A stretch of DNA of 64,000 bases, taken from the NCBI GenBank assembly GCA_013239625.1, contig MU053881.1:4113957-4177956 (forward strand), given 5' to 3'. Shown in pieces: positions 51,751 to 64,000 of this stretch (positions within the stretch are counted from its first letter, which is position 1; the number at the start of each line of letters is the position of its first letter). The notes beneath the pieces were generated by a model. That model did no database searches. It saw only the letters and a program-made list of their open reading frames with translations, and was not told the origin of the DNA. This stretch comes from Lama guanicoe. Taxonomy: Eukaryota. The position numbers were made by a program, and so were the translations under genes.

Positions 51751-53758
51751 AAATGGAGTCAATGCAAGGAACAAGGATGGGCGTAAGTCAGAGCAGGTGT
51801 TATAACAGTGCCTATACTTGCAGCAGGAGTGGGGGTGATAAATTGGCTCAAGGTTTTCTAGAAGTCTAAACAAAGGCAGGAACAGAATCTGTTATAACAT
51901 TCAGAGTCCAGGAGAGTTCAGAGCCCAGAAGAGAAAAACAAACTGATTGCTCAGAAGATGCGCAAATGGTTTCTATCCAACCATTTGTCCTGGGCGAGCC
52001 ACTTCTATCTCATCCTCTGTTTTCTTGGTTTTTTGGTGTTTTTCTGTACAAAGGGAGTGATTGCAGCAATGTTTCCATCACAGAGCAATCACGAAGGTCA
52101 AAGGAGACAATAAATGCAGCAAGCCCCGTGCCTGGAACCCACAAGGCGCTCCATCAATAGTCACCCTGTCTTATTTCTGGCCTTTCCTCCACCTCCACTT
52201 ATTGAAGGAGGCATCTTGGAGCGTGGGTGTTTAACTGTAAAATCATTGGCAAGGCTGCCCAGCCAGCTCATTAATGCCTAAAAAGAAGAAAGGAGCTATG
52301 CAGGGCTATTCAAGCTTGGCTGTTCCTGAATTTCACGAGCAGTGGGCGGCTGAATGGTTCAGAGAGTTCCAGCCTGGGCCCTGCTTAAATCCACGTTAAA
52401 ATGAAAAGTGCCTCTAACTTCCCATCACAGTGCCCTGCCCTGGGAGGTGCAGGAAAGTCACTCTTTTCTGTCATCTCCTGCAGCTGAGAAACGCAATTGA
52501 TTTTTCTGGCCTTATTTTCATATTTTAAAGAACGGTTTCCCCAGGGCTCCTCAAAGAACTGAAATGGAGAAAATCTCATTCATATTTTACCATGTAACCC
52601 AGGGACTAATCATGCACTGACAACAGATACTGGTGGAACACCTGGTCCACAGCAGGCTCAGGGCCAGCCACAGGGGAGGCAGAGGTGACATATACGTGGT
52701 CTCTGCCCTTAGGAGAGCCTTTAGGAAGCCTGCACTGTGATGAAGAGAGCACTTGGGTAAGGGTGCTAAGGAGACGGGGGGAAGGGTGATGCAGGCAGAG
52801 AGAACAGTCTGTGCAAAGGTACGGAGGTAGGGGTGGTACGTGACGGTGAAAGATGAAGCTTGAAAGGTAAAAACAGAGGGCAGCTCAAGAAGGAGCATGG
52901 GCGTGACGAAAAGAGTGTCTGGTACTGGAGAGCCAACAGGTGTTTAACATCTGGTATTCGCTGACATGGAAATTGGATGGGTGGAAACTGAATTGGAGGA
53001 GATAAAATTGGGACGTAGGAGAACCAGCCAAGGGATCTAAAAATAGTCCAGACCTATATAAGCATTCCATGAGTGTCTTCCTCTCAACCTAGCTCTGAGC
53101 TAGGTGCTTTGGGAGATACCAAAAAAAAGGAGATAAACTTATGGTCACAGGGTGCCAACTGGATTTTGATGCCTTACATATGTCGTCTCATTTAAATATC
53201 AGTAAACAAGATCAGTATCTCCATCTTACAGATTAAGAAGGCTAAAGTTCTGGGGGGTAAAAAGAAGTGAATCACATGGAGAAAGCCCATGAGTAAGGCA
53301 AGGGGCTGATGGGCTCCACGCCCTGCTGACCAGTGTGGCCTCACCCTGCAGACCAGCGTCAGAAGTGGAGCAGGAAAGGAAAGACACTTTGCTGCATCGC
53401 TGTGTGCAGCCTGGAGAGAGATGCTGCCCTCTAGATCAAAGGATGACTAATGTGTGCCTAAAGATTTATCTGTAAATACAGGGCCCCAAGCTCTATTAAT
53501 ATTCAATGATAAATGATGTTGCTTTCAAATCACATTCAAATCGTAGCTGTACGCCAGCATCCTGGGAACACTAGATTGTGCGCCATGTGTGGTACTTCCG
53601 TGAATCACCTGTACCACCTACCTCAGGGCCTGGGACGTGGTGGCTACTCTGTAAATATTTATTAACTGAATGGGGCACTTCAAGAAAAAAAAAATCACTG
53701 AAGGGAGTCACAATTAAGAGAATGACAACAGGTGCATTCCAAAATGTCATCTTTTAAA

Positions 53759-53954
53759 TCCCAGTCTATCCAAAATTGTAGAATAGATAAACAAGATTAC
53801 ACTGTATAGCACAGGGAAATATACACAAAATGTTAGGATAAATCACAGAGAAAAAAATGTGACAATGAGTGTGTATATGTCCATGAATGACTGAAAAATT
53901 GTGCTGAACGGAAATTGACACAACACTGTAAAATGATTATGAATCAATAAAAAA

Positions 53955-54001
<47 letters not shown>

Positions 54002-54034
54002 AGACCCAATCACAGGGTACAGGAAAAGAAAAAA
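53759..54034 (+). mobile_element. Young 5'-truncated LINE-1 3' end with (TAAA)n tail and extra 3' tag
   Basis: L1 3'UTR (tatagcacagggaaatata…gaaattgacacaacactgtaa) between perfect 18-bp TSDs aaaatgtcatcttttaaa at 53741-53758 and 54035-54052. Confidence 0.9.
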
Positions 54035-54179
54035 AAAATGTCATCTTTTAAAGCTTTGGAGAGGTAGCTGGGTATATACGGAACTTGTTTATTAATTCTT
54101 CACATATTTACTCAAAACTACCCACACTCTCCCCAAAACACTAAGCCAGATGCTTTTTGGGTCACTTCTGTTTTGTAAA

Positions 54180-56349
54180 AAACTCAAAGAAACATTCTTT
54201 CTCTACCCCTTCAACTTTCCTAGAGCATGGAGAAAGACAAAAGCATGTACATTCTCATTACAAATGCAGCATAACACTGATACCCTTACCTGACAAAGCA
54301 CAGAAAACTCAACATAACCTCACAACATTATTAAAACAGCAATTTTAAATAATATATTAGCAAAGAGAACCCAGTGGTGTACCAAACGAGGGTATGTAAG
54401 AATGAATTAACATTTAAACATCTCTCCGTGTCATTTACTATAATGCTAGGTCAAAGAAGACGAACTATATAATTATCTCCACAAATGCAGAAAGGGCATG
54501 TAGAGGGGAAAAGCCATCAAAATCTAAATGGCGAAATGCTAGAAGCAGTAGATCCGAAAGTAGTGACCAACGCAATTAGACAAGAAAATGACATTAAGAG
54601 TCCAACAATTTCAAAGAGGAAATAACATAAGAAGACTAAATATGAGGGAAAAAAGATGCAATATTAGTATTGATACACACATAGAAAACCACAAGAACCA
54701 AAATTTTAAACGAATTACTAGAAACAACAAGAGAAGTTGGTAACTGCCTGGTGGCAAACAAATTGTACACAATACAAAGGCATTTGTATTAAGTATAAAT
54801 AATAACTTAAAAATTCAGTTAGAAAATATAATAGAAGAAAAGGCCCCTTTTACAATACCAACAAAACATAAGTAAAACACTCTGGAATAAAACTAACAAG
54901 AACTGTAAAGGTGATATCAAATGTCCACGGAGAACCTCAAAAGAAGACTTCGACAAATGCAAAGTTAAATCTTGTTTCTAAACAGACTCAATACTTTAAA
55001 GATGTCGCTTCTCTTCAAGTTAATCTATGAATGCATGTAACCCAAATTAAAAAGCTGACAAGAGTTTTTTGGACCTAAAATATATTAAGATTTATCTGGA
55101 AAAGCAAATGTGCAAGAATGGGATAGGAGTTTCTGGAAAGTAAAAGAAATAAGAGAAGAGTGGTCTACAGATTTTAAGATGTATTATAAAATTATGTGAT
55201 TGAGACAATTTGGCATTGTCTCAGTTTTAAACAGCAAATAATTGTCAGATCTATGGAAGAGAAGAGAGCAGAGAAGTAAACTCAAATACATGTGGGAATG
55301 CAGTGCCTAAAAAAGGTGGTTTGTCGCGTCAAAGAGAGGAAGGATTAACAAATAATCACAGATCAACCGGCAAGCTGCCATTCAAAGAGAAGTGCAGTTG
55401 GACTCCCACCCTACTCTTCACAAATTCCAGATGGATCCAAATTTTTAAATAAAAAAATAAAATCATAAAAGTAGCAGAAGAAAACATGTGTTTAAGGTGG
55501 GAGAAAGCCTTGATTTTTATAGAGACGAGTGTACTCATATTTTCCTTCACACCTTCCGGAGTTTGTGATTTATTTGAGTTAAAGCAAAAGTAAGAAATAC
55601 TGCAGGCTTAAGAAAGAAGTTACGCCATAAACAAAATGAAAAGCAAAGGACAACGGAGAAAATACCAGATAAATGAGAATGACTAAGTTCTCAGCTTTTA
55701 GAAGAGGCCATGCAAATCAGTAGGAAGGAACGGCAAGTGGTCCAGCCAAGCAGGACGTTTTCCAGGAAGGACGCAGTCAACAGTCAACTGGTACGTGGAA
55801 AACGGCTGGAGCTCACCAATAATGAAAGATATACAAACTTAAATAAAGCTGAAGCACCATTTCCTACCTCTCAGAATGGTGACGCTTTTCAAGTTTGTTA
55901 AAGCAGGTGCTGGCAACGTGGGGAGGAAGGCATTGGTAGGCATGGTGGAGGATATATAGATTGGTGGGAAATTTTTAGAAGATAACTTGCCAAAATCTAT
56001 CAAAATTGAATATTCACATTCCCTCTCAAGAGGCTTTTTAGATAAAGGTTCTCATATCTTACAAATATTCTTGTAAAATACATGAAAGGTGTGTGTGTGT
56101 GTGTGTTCACTAAAGCAGAGTCCTTAGCAGCAAAAGACTGAAAGCTAAAACAACAATAGGGCACTGATTGAGAAAGATTTTGAAAATCCTCAGTCTACAG
56201 TCATTAACAAGAACAAAAAAGATCTCAGTGTGCTGAGTGGGAAGATCTCTGAGGTATATTATTAAGAGAAAAAAGAGGAAGATTTAGAAGAATGTATATA
56301 AAGTGGCCCTATTTGAGAAAATGAAAAAGAGTATCAAATGTGTACACAA

Positions 56350-56388
<39 letters not shown>

Positions 56389-56440
56389 CACATGTGTTGA
56401 CATGAAGAAAATATCTCTGAATAGAAACATGAGAAGCCAT
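54180..56440 (+). mobile_element. Ancient degraded LINE-1 ORF2/3'UTR remnant (L1M-type)
   Basis: A-rich 2.2 kb with recognisable L1 ORF2 landmarks (cagcataacactgatacc…gacaaag; gcaattagacaagaaaa; aagacttcgacaaatg; aaattccagatggatc). No long ORF. Confidence 0.8.
56358..56385. repeat. (TG)n microsatellite
   Basis: Visible TG run; similar short runs at about 8330-8351, 14645-14670, 45848-45871 and 56090-56106. Confidence 0.95.
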
Positions 56441-56442
56441 TT

Positions 56443-56653
56443 CTGTTCTGTTCAATAGAGCCTTCTGCAACATGGAAATGTCCTATAAATCTGAGCTGCC
56501 CAGTACGTAGCCACTAGGCTCACGTGGCTATTGAGTACTTGAAATGTGGCTTGTGTGACTGAGGAATTACATTCTGAATTTTTTTCCTTCATTTTGAGTC
56601 ATTTAAATGTACATAGCCACGTTGGCTAAGAGCTTCCAATTTGGATAGCACAG
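56443..56653. mobile_element. hAT-Charlie MITE (MER3-like)
   Basis: ctgttctgttcaataga…gtagccactag…cacgtggctattgagtacttgaaatgtggct…ttggatagcacag. Confidence 0.85.
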
Positions 56654-56889
56654 ACATAGACAATGGATAGTTTGGGTGAGAAGGATTATAAAGGGAGAGG
56701 AAGGGAGATTTTAATTTTAAGTTTTTGCCTTTCTATCCTGTTGGAGTAACATGTGTTACTCCTTTTTCCTAGTTTAAAGCAGATTTTATTTATCTTCAAC
56801 CTATTATCTGTGTAGAATATATTCCATAGAGCAATCTGAATGCTCTTCGAAGGGTATTTGATTATGCAGTGTCTCCAAAACTTACTTTA

Positions 56890-57226
56890 TTTTTTTTCCT
56901 TCTAGTTTTATTGAGATATAGTTGACATACAACACCGCTTATGTTTCAGGTCTACAGCATAATGATTTGACTCGCAAACATTATCGAATGACTTCCACAG
57001 TAAGTTTAGCATACATCCATCATCCCATATAAATACAAAAGAAAAAGAAAAGGAAAAGAATGTTTTTCCCTGTGATGAATACTCTTAGGACTTGCTGTCT
57101 TACCAGCTGTCATATGCAATGTGCAGCAGTGTTAATTTCATTGATCATATTGTGCATTACATCCTTAGTAAAACTTATTTATCTGATAAATGGAAGGTTA
57201 TACCATCTGACTACTTTCATCTAATT
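56890..57226 (-). mobile_element. LINE-1 3' end
   Basis: ttttattgagatatagttgacataca…cagcataatgatttgac… Possible TSD cttact(c)ttatttt at 56881-56893 / 57227-57240. Confidence 0.8.
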
Positions 57227-57990
57227 CTTACTCTTATTTTAAAAGTTACTGACCACCTCTTGTTTTCAGGGTCCCAGAAGAGGATTTAGCCTCTTCTACA
57301 ATCAAGGTGGTGTCTGTCCTCGAGAGGCCAGGATTTTACAGGCCATGGAATAAATACATCTAAGGAAATGACTGCACCGAGGAGGTCAAGTTGACAAACT
57401 CTCCCTAATGAGTAAGATCCCAGAGGAAGCAAGGGTCAGTTTTACATCTGACAGCTGGAAAAAGAGGAGGGGCTACTGGGACAAGCTTCATCCAGGAGGT
57501 GTTGTCTGAGCCAGGCTTGCGGTGAAAAGGTGTCCACTAGACCACGGGGGAGAAAGAAGCATTCAGGGCGGAGGAAACTGTCATGCGGAGGAGTGGAGGC
57601 AAGAAAGGGCAGAGTGTGTCCAGGATTCCAGGAGTGATTTAGGTTGGTGAGAGGGGAGTGAAGGCAGGAAGGAGGGGAGGTTCTGAGGACCAGGTACAGT
57701 AGACCAGGGAGTCCAGATGTCACCCTGAAGGACGGGGGAAGCCCCGGAATGGTTTTAAGCAGGAGAAAGAAGTGATCGCATATTTCTAACTATCTCATAT
57801 TTTATTAAGTCCCTTAGGACAGTGAGAGGTCCTCTGTCTTCACCTTTACTAATTCTTCTGGGGCTCCAAATCTCCGGGAGACAGCTAGGATAAGAAACTG
57901 AATACTCGACAGATCTGACATGTCATGGTGGGGCAACAGTGGCGTAATTCCTGTTTTCAGAACCAATAAACATGGTGGAAAACCTGAAGC

Positions 57991-58215
57991 CAAGGTCTCT
58001 CAGCCTCGGCACCACTGACATTTTAGGCAGGATAATTCTTCGTCGTGGGGGGCTGTCCTGTGCCTCACAGGACGTTCAACAGCATCCCGGCCCTCAGCCC
58101 GCTAGGTACCAGTAGCGTAGATACACACGTCCACGGAAGGATGACAACCATAAATGTCTCCAGACATTGCCAACTGTCCCTTGGGAGCAAAATCATCCCT
58201 GGTTGAGAACCACTG
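57991..58215. mobile_element. hAT-Charlie MITE (MER20)
   Basis: ggcaccactgacatttt…ggataattctt…gggggctgtcctgtgc…aaatgtctccagacattgcca…ggttgagaaccactg. Confidence 0.9.
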
Positions 58216-58659
58216 TCTTAGACCATCTCAGACAGAAGAGCCTTTGGGGGGACCATCCCACCCAACTTCCTCATTTTAACAGATGAGAAATGTGAGGCCC
58301 AGAGACTAAGGCCAGAAACCAGGTTTCCTTACTCAGTTTAGAAACCTTTTTTTAGAGTTTAGATCTCTTTTTCTTAGTCTCAGAGAAATTCAGTTAAAAA
58401 AAAAAAAGTTGGAGGAATTTTAAATTAAGTCCGTTTCCTCTAGCTGAATATTCATTTATTTTCTCTCTCTCTTCTCTTTCCATCTCTCTTCTCTCCCTGA
58501 TAGACACGATTCAGTCTAGAATTCTATTTACTAAGTTGTTTTTCTAGCTACAAATGCTACCAAAATTAATAATAATAATAATAAAAGATTATGAAAACAT
58601 CCGTCCTTCTCTAATTCAGCATTTTTTTTCATCTCTTCACAGTGAAAAAGCGAAAGGGA

Positions 58660-58850
58660 AGATGGCTAACATATATCAGGGGCTCCCATGTACCATCCTG
58701 AACACAGTCGTTACAACCCCGCTCTGAAGGGGGCACTGGCATTCCTATTTTACTAAGGAGGAAACTGAGGCTCATGGAAGTGGGGTGACTTGCCGGAAAT
58801 CATACATCCAGGGGGTTCTAGAGCCAGCATTCGAACCCAGGTCTGTCCGA
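58660..58850 (-). mobile_element. MIR SINE
   Basis: cctattttactaaggaggaaactgaggctca…gtgacttgcc…ttcgaacccaggtctgtc. Confidence 0.75.
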
Positions 58851-60819
58851 GCACGTAGTAAAACTGAGTTCGGGTGGTGGAGACTTGGAACGGGCTTCAC
58901 GACTGTCGCCCAGGTGAGAGCCGACTGCCCTCAGAGAACCAAAGCCCTCACACGGGCTGGGATCGCAGGGCTGAGCTGCTTGCCAGCATCTCCAGGAGGA
59001 AGCCGGGCCTGTGCGGCAGTTGCTATGACGACTAGCTTTCTTACAATTATAGAACATGGTGGTGACAGGAGAAGCCGCACAGACAGTCACTTTGTTGGGA
59101 CCTGTCTTCCTCTGACAGTTTCAGGAGCTTAAACATCATAAAAAAATTTTTTTTCTCTTAAATCCCATTTGAAATAATCACATACTGCAGCAGCAGAGGC
59201 CCAGAGAGCAAGAAAGTTAGGCGATTAACCCTCCCACCGCGGGTCGGGACCGTGAGGCCAGCCGCACGGCAAGCTGGAGGAAAATGGCATTTCTCCTTCA
59301 GGCAATTCTTGCTTCTCTTTTTCCTTTTGGATCAGTGGATTCAGGACTTGGCCAAACAGTGTATTTAAAGAGGAGAAAGAAGACACAGAGAGCCAAAGGA
59401 AAGCTGGCCTAATGTTTGGCAAATAGCAGGGAGAGGCGGCAACAACCTTGTATTCTAGCAACCGCTTTGCAGCTCCGTTTAATGTAGCCAGTTGCCCATA
59501 TGTGCAGGGTTTCCTGTTGTCACGTAATCAAGCTACCATGGGATGGTGTTAACTTATCCCATTTTGTCCTCACGCCAGGCCTATGATGTAGACCGCATTA
59601 GCCCATTTTACAGATTGGGAAACACAGATTCAGAGGGATGAAATGACTTGCTTTAGTTCACACAAACCCACAGTGTCAAATCCCGACCTGATGTATTATT
59701 ACCCCTCTTCTGTATTGCCCTTCACTCGGAAGTGTGCTGGTCAAACGCCGCAGGCTGGGATGGGGGCGATGCACACTTCGTAGCATTTGCTCAGGACTCT
59801 GGTGTAAATTCTACCACCGTGGTTGCATACAAACTTCCCACAGTTTAACAACTGCTGTGTAAACTTTGAATCGGCCAACGCCTACCGGAGACCCATACGA
59901 AATAATAATATTCACTAAACTCTAGAAATTTTCTGCACTAAACTTAATAACAAGTGACTTGCTTTATTGCAGCAGTCATTTTTTGAATCCACGAGTGTTG
60001 ATCAGTGTTTGAATCAATGCCAATGAGAAGCCGGCATAAAACAGCCCAGTCATCAGGCCCTTCAGTGACTGGAGTGGACACTTGTGACCCAGCCCCCCAT
60101 CCAAACCCTGAGCACTTCCCTCCTGAGACAGATATTTTGTTTTCTCTCCCAGGGAAATGTTTTGTTAAAAAAAAATGAAAAACAAAAACAATGTTTTGTT
60201 AAAAAAATTGCTTTTCAATTCTTAATAACAATATGTTTTTGAAGGTCACTCTAATAGTATAATTCCATCAGGGCAGGAGAAAGCACACAGCCATAAATGT
60301 AAATTCGCATGTTAATCTGATTTTCAATAAAACCCTAGCTAGGAGTGCAATAATAAACATCAAATACCATTGCAGCCTTTCTCCACCAAACACTCACATG
60401 CAAATTTTTTCCGCACCAGATAATGACTCTGCTCCTAACCCAGCAGGCAGTGTTTTTAATAACTTACCTAAAATGTTCCTCAAAATTAAAAAAAAAAAAG
60501 AGAGCAATAAAAACCAAGACGACAGATAATAAAGTAAAATTTCTTATCTCCATTTGCTGCTGTCAGCAAATATTAGAGTCCCACCAATGGGAGGCAGCCC
60601 CTGGGGTTTTGATGAAAAATTGGTAGGAGCAAATGGCAAAGCTGTAAATGAGGTCTCCCCTCCCGGGGAATGTGACATCAGGAAGGAGACATTTATGAGA
60701 GTGTGTCATTGCAAGAAGACAGGGCCCCGATTTTAAATAAAGATACTGAAAACGAGGCGGCCAGGGTTTTGGTGTTGATCAATGTGGAGTTTCTCCATCA
60801 GCCAAGAGGGTTATTTTGT

Positions 60820-61260
60820 TTGCTCATTCGTCTGTTTATTTAGTTATTCAAGACATCATTTAGTGCCTCAGGTGGCCAGGCACTGGCTAGGCTCTTGGGG
60901 TGCAAAGATGCAAAAGACGCCATCCCACCCCAAGTCAGTGCGAGACACAGCAGGTAAGTTGCTGCTGCCAGCACTGGAACTGGAGGGTTGTGCAGCAGGG
61001 GCGGGAATCCCGAGGAGGAAGGACAGGCTGCACTCAGACAGGCAGACAAGACCACACAGACCAGAGATATTTGAGTTGGGTGCAGAGGGATGATTAGGAA
61101 ACTTGCCCAGGGGTGAAGGTGGAAGAGACATTCCAGCTGGAAGGGACAGTGTGAACAAAGACAGGGAGGCAGACGATGTATGGTGTGGAGAGGGAAGGAC
61201 CAGGGCTTTGGGCAGGTCAGGGCATCTGCGGGAGGAGGCGGGTGAGCAGCAGAAGCCGGG
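60820..61260 (-). mobile_element. LINE-2 3' fragment
   Basis: ctcattcgtctgtttatttagttattcaa…catttagtgcct…gccaggcactggctagg…gacattccag…agggacagtgtgaacaaag. Confidence 0.65.
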
Positions 61261-61562
61261 GCAGGGTGAGAAGGATGGCACTGCCTTGCAGGGACATGCG
61301 CATGAGGGAGGGTCCCCCTTCGGGGAGATGAGAAGGCGGGGCAGGAGGGGAAAGGAGAAACGGGACAGACAGACCCAGAAGGAGGCTGGGCCCGGAGAAG
61401 ACGAGTGAAAACAGAGGTGAGGGAAGAAGGCACTCCTTACTTTCAGGAGGGAGAGGGGCCTGGGCTCTGCTGGCTGTTACATGTGGCCACCCACCCTGGG
61501 GAGGCGGGTTCTGGCGTTTCACCGCGTCCCTTCCGTGTTGTTGCCAAGTGCAAGCGAGCAAC

Positions 61563-61685
61563 AGACAGAGAGCCAAGGCTCCCACCCTTGGCCGGGTGAG
61601 GAGGAAGAGAAGAGAGCGAGCAGAGTGGAGGCCTGAGACAGAGAGCCAAGGCTCCCACCCTTGGCCGGGTGAGGAGGAAGAGAAG
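61563..61685 (+). repeat. Exact 50-bp direct repeat (2 copies, 73-bp period)
   Basis: agacagagagccaaggctcccacccttggccgggtgaggaggaagagaag at 61563-61612 and 61636-61685. Confidence 0.95.
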
Positions 61686-62929
61686 GGAAGAAACAGCGGT
61701 CAGGCAGGCCGGCTCAGAGCATCCCCCAGGAGCGGCTCACGTGCAGCCGGACGCCCCCTCCCCCTGCGGCAGCTTCCCTAACCCCCTACGCCCAGCCACG
61801 GCACCCTGCTTAGGGCCTGGGGGTACACCTTGGCCCCACAGCCTTCTGGGCAAGGAACTTAGGAAAATCCTCAGCCTCTCGGAGCCTGTTGGTCTCACCT
61901 GCAAGCGGGGTGACAGTCTCTCCAGCCCGCTTTTCTGGAATCATTCAGTGGGATAACTTACAGAAGGTACCGATCGCAGGTCAGATGAGGAGCAGAGCAG
62001 AAGCCCAGAGAGTTGGGTGGATCAGCGGATGGACGAAACAGTGAAAAGGCAACACCCCATGCTAGTAGGCCTGGCAGCTTCAGCTGGGTTTTTATTTTTG
62101 TTTTGTGGCTTTGCTGTTGTTGCCTGTTTTGGGTAATAGCCCACAGACACCAGTTCTTTGAAAATTCCTAGCTTCTGACTTCCAGTTCTCCCCTACCTGC
62201 TTTCTTTTCTGGTGTCCGTTTGCTTGACAGGAATGGTGAGTTTCAGTCCCTTTGCACTAATGCATCCCTTCCATTCTGGACTCTCCTCCCTGGCTGCTGT
62301 CAGGGTCTAGCCCGCAGGTACCCCCAGGATCTTTCCCCGTGCACCTCTGCACCCTCCCACCTGAGCTTGCCCAAGCCATAGCCACTAGAGTCAGATTTTC
62401 TGAACCCTGACTCAGGATGAACACTGAGGCGGTGCCAAAAGATGGGGGCCCTCTGCTCTATGCCAGGCACTCTGCTGAGAACTGGGAACATGTAGGTGGG
62501 CCAGTGTGACCATACCCTCCAGGGACCAGTGGCTGGAGGGGGCTGAAGATGCAGGAGTAGCCAGCGACAGCAGCATTCAAGAACCCGTATGAGCTGCAGA
62601 GCCCCGAGGAGGCACCAAACCCAGCTCAGGAGATCAGGGGCGGCGTCCCAGGGAAGGTGACCCTGCGGGGACAGTATAGCCAAGAAACTGGCTGGAAATT
62701 CCTTGTCTAACCCACACTTTTGCAAGCGCCTCCAGAACAAGGATTTTGTCTTATGCATCTGTGTGTCTCCCAGCAACAGGCATTCAGCCCAGCCCAGAGC
62801 CAATCTGATAAAGATGAAGAACAAAGGGCACAAAGAGCAGGAAGGGATGAAGTCAGGCAGGCCACAGCCTGGCAAGGACCACGGCAGGGCGGTATCGAGG
62901 TGTGGCAGAGGGAGTGATGTCGGGCCACA

Positions 62930-63060
62930 GGGCTGGGTTCTTATTTGGTTCTGACACATCCTTGCTGTGTGGCCTCAGCAGACATCTCACTTCTTTGAGC
63001 ATCAGTTTCTTCATCCGTAAAATGGGATAATAATGAGTACTGAGTACACAAGGCTGCTGT
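62930..63060 (+). mobile_element. MIR SINE
   Basis: catcagtttcttcatccgtaaaatgggataataat. Confidence 0.75.
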
Positions 63061-64000
63061 TAGCCCAAAAAGTGGATATAAAGGTGTTTTTTAACAGGTA
63101 CTAGGATTACTTATGTTAAAGCTGATGTGTTGAGAGGTAGCTTGCCAGAAAAACATTGCGTACACTCCCCAGGAGGCAAAGAGATGGTTCCCGCCATGAC
63201 TGCAGAGGCCACCCATGGACCGTGACATTGAACTGGCTACACTTTGCACAGTTCCTCCCAGTTTTCCCAGTCACATTCCCAGGGGGAGGAAAGCCAGAAA
63301 AGGGAGGACCAGGTCTTTCTCAACCAACAGACAAAATACAGCTAATTAGGCAGGAAGCTAAGAACCCAGGACTAAGAACAGGAAGAGAACAAAATGCTTG
63401 TTCGCTGAGACCCACAGTGCTCCATGGGACGCTATGTGTCATATCAAGACTATGTCCCGGTTCATCGATGAGGAATCAGGAGGTCAGAGGGGTGACAGGC
63501 TGTGACCTGAGCTGCCCAGGCGCCTCTAGCCCCAAAGTCCAGCTGTTCCCTGGAACTCCTCTCATCAGCGTGGCCCAAACCACCTCCAAATGCGAGACTC
63601 AGTTCCTTCTCACAGGTGAGCCTGGGGACATCCCGGTGTGACAGCATGGCGGGACGCACCAGCAGCTTCCAAAACACCTGTGCCCTCTGTGGCGCCACCA
63701 CCTTCCACAGCAAATCAGCTTTGGGAGAACCTCCAGCTCCCGGGACTAAGAGAGAAGGAGGGGGCATCTGTCTGCGTGCTCCCATCTTCTCAGAGAAGGT
63801 AAGGGATGGTCTCTCAAGTCTGAGGCCCTTGGCAATGACTGCAGGAGCTTTCATGGTTGAAAACAACAAAAACAAAAATTCCACGCAATTCTCTCATTCT
63901 TTCTCAGTTCATCTCTCCTGGCCCTGCTCTCTCCTCCCATTCTCCCTCACAGTATAATTGTTATGAGCCGATCTCCCCGGGTCAGATTTGAGACACGAGA

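Noticed and set aside
61563..61685. CRISPR-like repeat-spacer-repeat with hairpin
   Set aside because: Only two 50-bp copies, in a mammalian intron, with no cas genes; a local duplication explains it.

Overview
This is mammalian genomic DNA, not prokaryotic. It is most likely camelid, inferred from five copies of a short tRNA-derived SINE resembling the camelid Vic-1 family and from my not seeing Alu, Bov-B/Bov-tA, CHR, PRE-1 or Can-SINE copies. The only protein-coding sequence I can support is the 3' end of NSG2 (HMP19, neuronal vesicle trafficking-associated protein 2; calcyon/NSG1 family) on the minus strand. It comprises an internal 111-bp exon at 39197-39087 (transmembrane helix) and the terminal exon with CDS at 35627-35436. 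The ORF track reports neither exon in its coding frame. About 39.2-64 kb is a large NSG2 intron, with the upstream exons outside the window. About 1-33 kb is downstream intergenic DNA; in human this interval leads toward MSX2, a synteny inferred from memory and not visible here. The rest is interspersed repeats (MIR, L2, old and young L1, MaLR/ERV LTRs, hAT MERs), microsatellites, two N-gaps and several repeat-free, motif-dense blocks that look like enhancers. Repeat subfamily names are recognised by eye and their boundaries are approximate. I found no evidence for a novel multi-gene system. The best leads are a strong RNA G-quadruplex in the NSG2 3'UTR, two retroposon insertions with 3'-transduction-like tags, a possible intronic-polyadenylation isoform, and candidate enhancers with RFX/PBX/homeobox motifs.
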